Assembly: GCA_965205025.1 (NCBI GenBank)
Contig: CBDBFU010000030.1
Location: forward strand, 1 to 64,000
Length of the DNA stretch: 64,000 nucleotides
Direction: 5' to 3'
From: Candidatus Poribacteria bacterium
Lineage (GTDB): Bacteria; Poribacteria; WGA-4E; WGA-3G
In this document: in pieces, positions 61,801-64,000 of the stretch
Numbering within the stretch: the stretch's first letter is position 1
How the letters are laid out: every line of letters begins with the position of its first letter
Program-made: the position numbers and the translations under genes
Notes under the pieces: model-generated
What the model was told of the DNA's origin: nothing
The model's input: the letters and a program-made list of their open reading frames with translations, nothing else
Databases searched by the model: none

Positions 61801-61941
61801 CAGGTATGTGAGAAGTGGCTAAAAGATCGGCGCGGAGAAGCGTTAAGTCATGCGGAGGTGCGTCAGTATCAGTCTATTTTGGTTGCTGTTGCGGAGACGC
61901 TGCGGGTTGTGAGTGAGATTGATGGAGTGCTTGAGTTTTAA
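58855..61941 (+). CDS. Single-chain RM enzyme (type IIG/ISP-like: nuclease-like N-terminus, N6-adenine MTase, type ISP-like C-terminal specificity region; no helicase)
   Basis: GRPDF...GYIEAE, GVFYTP, LDPATGTGGF, GNPPY, DDYVKFIR, YRPFD, DFPRIP, IGAYQV..KWLKDR. Confidence 0.85.
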   Translation: MNFQRHCNRYLQQIRQTQSDPNATPELSLHPNLHEFLEDVTKDVECFDKLHMTFTHEPRSIDQIGRPDFIVSDGLLTIGYIEAEADGTDLNNLTGHAREQNQRFIENLDNFILTNFVDFQLWRDGQLRASVHIEHETENLETLLELFLNAGHVQITSPETLAKYLARRTRELQTQIATTLTDEDSETYRMFNAFKETLLATLTPDDFADMYAQTLTYGLFAARCTLPNGTNFSRHTAVGTLPRSNPFLIELFYHVASPRLETNVTYILDDIATLLQNVSTEMLRTAFSANNHLEDPVIHFYETFLKEYNPELRFDRGVFYTPPQVISYIVRSVDSLLKTELNRPDGLADDNTLILDPATGTGGFLLSVLDHIREHVTTNYGTGDWTRYINTHLVKRIFGFELLVAPYTIAHLKLSMFLQAQGWNTNERLGIYLTNALEQPDEMQAPLPFAAFITDEANAALAVKRDKPILAILGNPPYSRHSANPSRDSNGELTFIGNLIEDYKQVDGEPLDETNPKALQDDYVKFIRWAQWRIDKNGEGVLGYITNNNFLNASTVRGMRQNMLDSFNIIYVLNLHGSIIKQEDIPDGEEDQNVFEIGVGVSILLCVKKLDNPTPAKVYYADIWGSQEEKYRILSETDVQSTDWCELHPESPYYLFVPQGTDNRAEYDDGWKIDDIFQVSSIGIVTARDKLTIHRTAEAVRETVTDFVSLSVEEARERYKLRQDNQDWQVHRAQTDLRNNPDAEQHITPIFYRPFDTHWTYYTGNSRGFHCRPRPEVMPHLLSENLALCVCRIVKSPIWQHALIINKITENCYISNTTSESGHVFPLYLYPKSEGLGLDTERELNFKPEFLTALSEALGLPQTAPFGLPEDVTPEEILAYIYAVLYSSTYRERYYEFLKYDFPRIPLTQDIDYFRKLAALGQELIDLHLIKDRNIPHQHRFEGEGDAVVSKVRYEDGSVWINATEHFTNVPVEVWGYEIGAYQVCEKWLKDRRGEALSHAEVRQYQSILVAVAETLRVVSEIDGVLEF

Positions 61942-62002
61942 GCAATCTAATACAACGTAGGTATGTTTTGTGTCAACATGGCGAATTTTGACAATTTGTT
62001 TT

Positions 62003-62196
62003 TGTGAATAGAAAAAGTGTTAATATTTATTGTTCGAATATGATCACACTTTCACGGAAACCTTCACGGAGCAATTTTACCAACCCTTATGCTATAAGGG
62101 TTTATAATTTTAACTATACCAATTCTCCGTGAATCACATATGCTAATAATTTATTAACTAAAGTGTGAATGGAATGCATTTTTGGTTTCATCTGAT
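62003..62196. repeat. Left arm of ~195-bp inverted repeat
   Basis: Aligns over its length with the reverse complement of 63477-63672, e.g. cactttcacggaaaccttcacggagcaatt and ctataccaattctccgtgaat. Confidence 0.9.
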
Positions 62197-62387
62197 ACCA
62201 TTTCTACAAATGTTTACGTAATAAGTAGTTGAATACTTTGCCGTTGTTTCACATGTATCCTATGTTATAGTTATACCGTAAAAGCAAGTGCAATGCTTTT
62301 TTTAAATTTAACACCCGATTGTTTTTTATGAGGGATTATGGTATAATGTAAAGTAAAGTGTCATGTCACACTAAAGAGGAGGAAAAA

Positions 62388-62663
62388 ATGAATGAAAACA
62401 ATGTAACTCTCGATGCAATTCGGGAGGTAGTTGAAAAAGCGTTAGAAACTATTGAACAAAGGCTCGAAACTATTGAAGAAGCAGTGAAATCTAATCGGTT
62501 GGCAATTGAAGAAAACAGACAGGCAATTGAAGAAAACAGACAGGCAATTGAACGCAATAGAATAGCCATAGAACAGAATAGAATAACCATACTACGAAAT
62601 AGAGAAGAAATTAAGAGTGTTTGTAAAGTGGTTGAAGCTACGTTGTCTGATAAAGCAGCGTAA
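62388..62663 (+). CDS. Small coiled-coil protein with AIEENRQ heptad repeats
   Basis: GAGGAGG RBS then ATG at 62388; 21-bp direct repeat ggcaattgaagaaaacagaca. Confidence 0.7.
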   Translation: MNENNVTLDAIREVVEKALETIEQRLETIEEAVKSNRLAIEENRQAIEENRQAIERNRIAIEQNRITILRNREEIKSVCKVVEATLSDKAA

Positions 62664-62693
62664 TTAAATATCTTTTATCCTACAATAATTCTA

Positions 62694-62733
62694 AAAAGGA
62701 GGAAAGTGTAGATTTTACACCTTTCTCCTTTTT
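62694..62733. terminator. Bidirectional terminator-like hairpin
   Basis: aaaaggaggaaagtgta-gattt-tacacctttctcctttt between convergent ORFs. Confidence 0.6.
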
Positions 62734-62744
62734 ATTTTAGAAAA

Positions 62745-63038
62745 TTAAGAAATCCCAAAAAAGACTAATTCCGTAGCAAAGTCTGTTCTGTTTTGCGTAA
62801 AGGTATCACCGATAAGTCGTCCAAACTGCCATAATGTTCCATCGGTGACAATGCCGTACACGGGTAAGGCTCCACCGTCGTTCACTTTTCCAGCCTTTAT
62901 TTTTTGGGCAGCGACTAACTCTGCCAAACATTAACCCCACCCCTGCTCAAAGTCGTTTTTCTTCGCCTCAACAAGCAGTATCAACGGACTTCCAACAACG
63001 GTTTTGCCTAATTCAGATTTAGTAGAGATAAAATAGTA
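62745..63038 (-). pseudogene. Fragment of a PD-(D/E)xK nuclease-like protein
   Basis: LLVEAKKNDFEQGWG*CLAELVAAQ...VYGIVTDG.LWQF; TAA at 62931-62933; N-terminus missing. Confidence 0.75.
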
Positions 63039-63189
63039 TTGTTTTAAAATCGCTAGACGCCATGATATTATTCTCTATTCAAGCAGAACATCTGTAAATC
63101 GCGTCTATAAAATCAAGGTAGGAATGTATTAAATTAACAAATTTTCAAGGTTTTTCAATTGCCACTTCTTAGCATTTCTCATTTAGATC

Positions 63190-63216
63190 GTAGGGACGGG
63201 GTTTCCCCGTCCCTAT
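63190..63216. repeat. GTAG-headed REP-like palindrome
   Basis: gtagggacggggtttccccgtccctat. Confidence 0.8.
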
Positions 63217-63476
63217 ATTATGGTATAATAAGCCAGACCAGATAATTCGTGATTCCAGACAAATAACTGTATACTGAATAACCGAAACAATTTTGTTGCA
63301 CCAATTTGTTGTCTTAGGTGTATTATGGTATATGTGTTAGGTCGGTAGTTTTAGAAATGAGTTATCAACAGATTTAAAACTTTTGTTTGTTCCGGGAGCG
63401 TAGATCATTATTATACCCCTGACCTTGAGCGATTTTTCTTTCATAGGAAATATGGTAACTACCCAGTATATTTATA

Positions 63477-63672
63477 ATCAGATGAAAGCCAAAGATGCAT
63501 TTCGTTCACACTTTAGTTAAACAAATATTAACGTATGTAATTCACGGAGAATTGGTATAGGTAAAATTATAAACCTTTATAGAATAAGGGTTCGTAGAAT
63601 TGCTCCGTGAAGGTTTCCGTGAAAGTGCGATCATCTCAGAACAACAAATATTAACACTTTTTTCAATTTACA
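63477..63672. repeat. Right arm of ~195-bp inverted repeat
   Basis: Reverse complement of 62003-62196 with scattered substitutions. Confidence 0.9.
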
Positions 63673-63715
63673 TTATCCATACATCATTATTATATTTTAA
63701 AAGGAAGAGATAGAT

Positions 63716-64000
63716 ATGTTCAAAGAATTAGATGGAAGAATAATCATTGGTGGAATTATCATGGCAGTTCTTATCATAGGTGGTATCTTCGTATACTCTC
63801 AATGGAGTTATAATCGTTTTGCCGATGAGATTGGAGAGACACCACAATCTCAACCTACAGTAGCAAATAAAAACAATCCTACAAGTACTGAGATTATGCA
63901 AAAACCCAATAAAGCAAAAACCATTTCTGATGATAAAAACCAACCGATAAAAGAGATCCCGCAAAATCTCTCTATTGAAGAAAAACAGATCTCAGAAGAA
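63716..64000 (+). CDS. Membrane-anchored hypothetical protein; runs off the window end
   Basis: Not in ORF track. AAGGA then ATG; MFKELDGRIIIGGIIMAVLIIGGIFVYSQWSYNRFADEIG..., open to the end. Confidence 0.75.
   Translation, partial: MFKELDGRIIIGGIIMAVLIIGGIFVYSQWSYNRFADEIGETPQSQPTVANKNNPTSTEIMQKPNKAKTISDDKNQPIKEIPQNLSIEEKQISEE

Noticed and set aside
63728-63964. 78-aa minus-strand ORF
   Set aside because: Antisense shadow of the plus-strand gene starting at 63716, which has an RBS and a TM helix.

Overview
AT-rich, gene-dense bacterial chromosomal segment with about 50 CDSs. No rRNA, tRNA or CRISPR array was seen. Gene content (PhyH dioxygenase, Gfo/Idh/MocA and enolase-superfamily enzymes, FGE-sulfatase and CRTAC1/ASPIC proteins, exported proteins ending in a shared 'VDP..[KR]L...WG.LK' motif) suggests a Candidatus Poribacteria-like organism; this is inference only. 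Metabolic loci include Rieske/cytochrome b, oppDF, an ECF sigma/anti-sigma pair, pepP, a fadD-like ligase and an xdh/cox-like Mo-hydroxylase operon. They are interleaved with defence-like genes: an orphan amino-MTase, an MNT-HEPN fusion, an SBD-HNH nuclease in the slot of a decayed MNT/HEPN pair, a candidate ADP-ribosyltransferase plus partner, and a single-chain type IIG/ISP-like RM enzyme. The most notable unexplained structures are: (i) ~120-bp MITE-like elements with exact 9-bp target duplications carrying a GTAG-type REP hairpin at a fixed position; (ii) the ART-like gene pair; (iii) a membrane protein with an Rpn-like GREE-repeat tail and a strong internal translation start; (iv) ~195-bp inverted repeats bracketing 1.3 kb beside the RM gene; (v) an adenylate-kinase-like/NDT fusion. 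All calls come from reading motifs by eye; no database searches were run.
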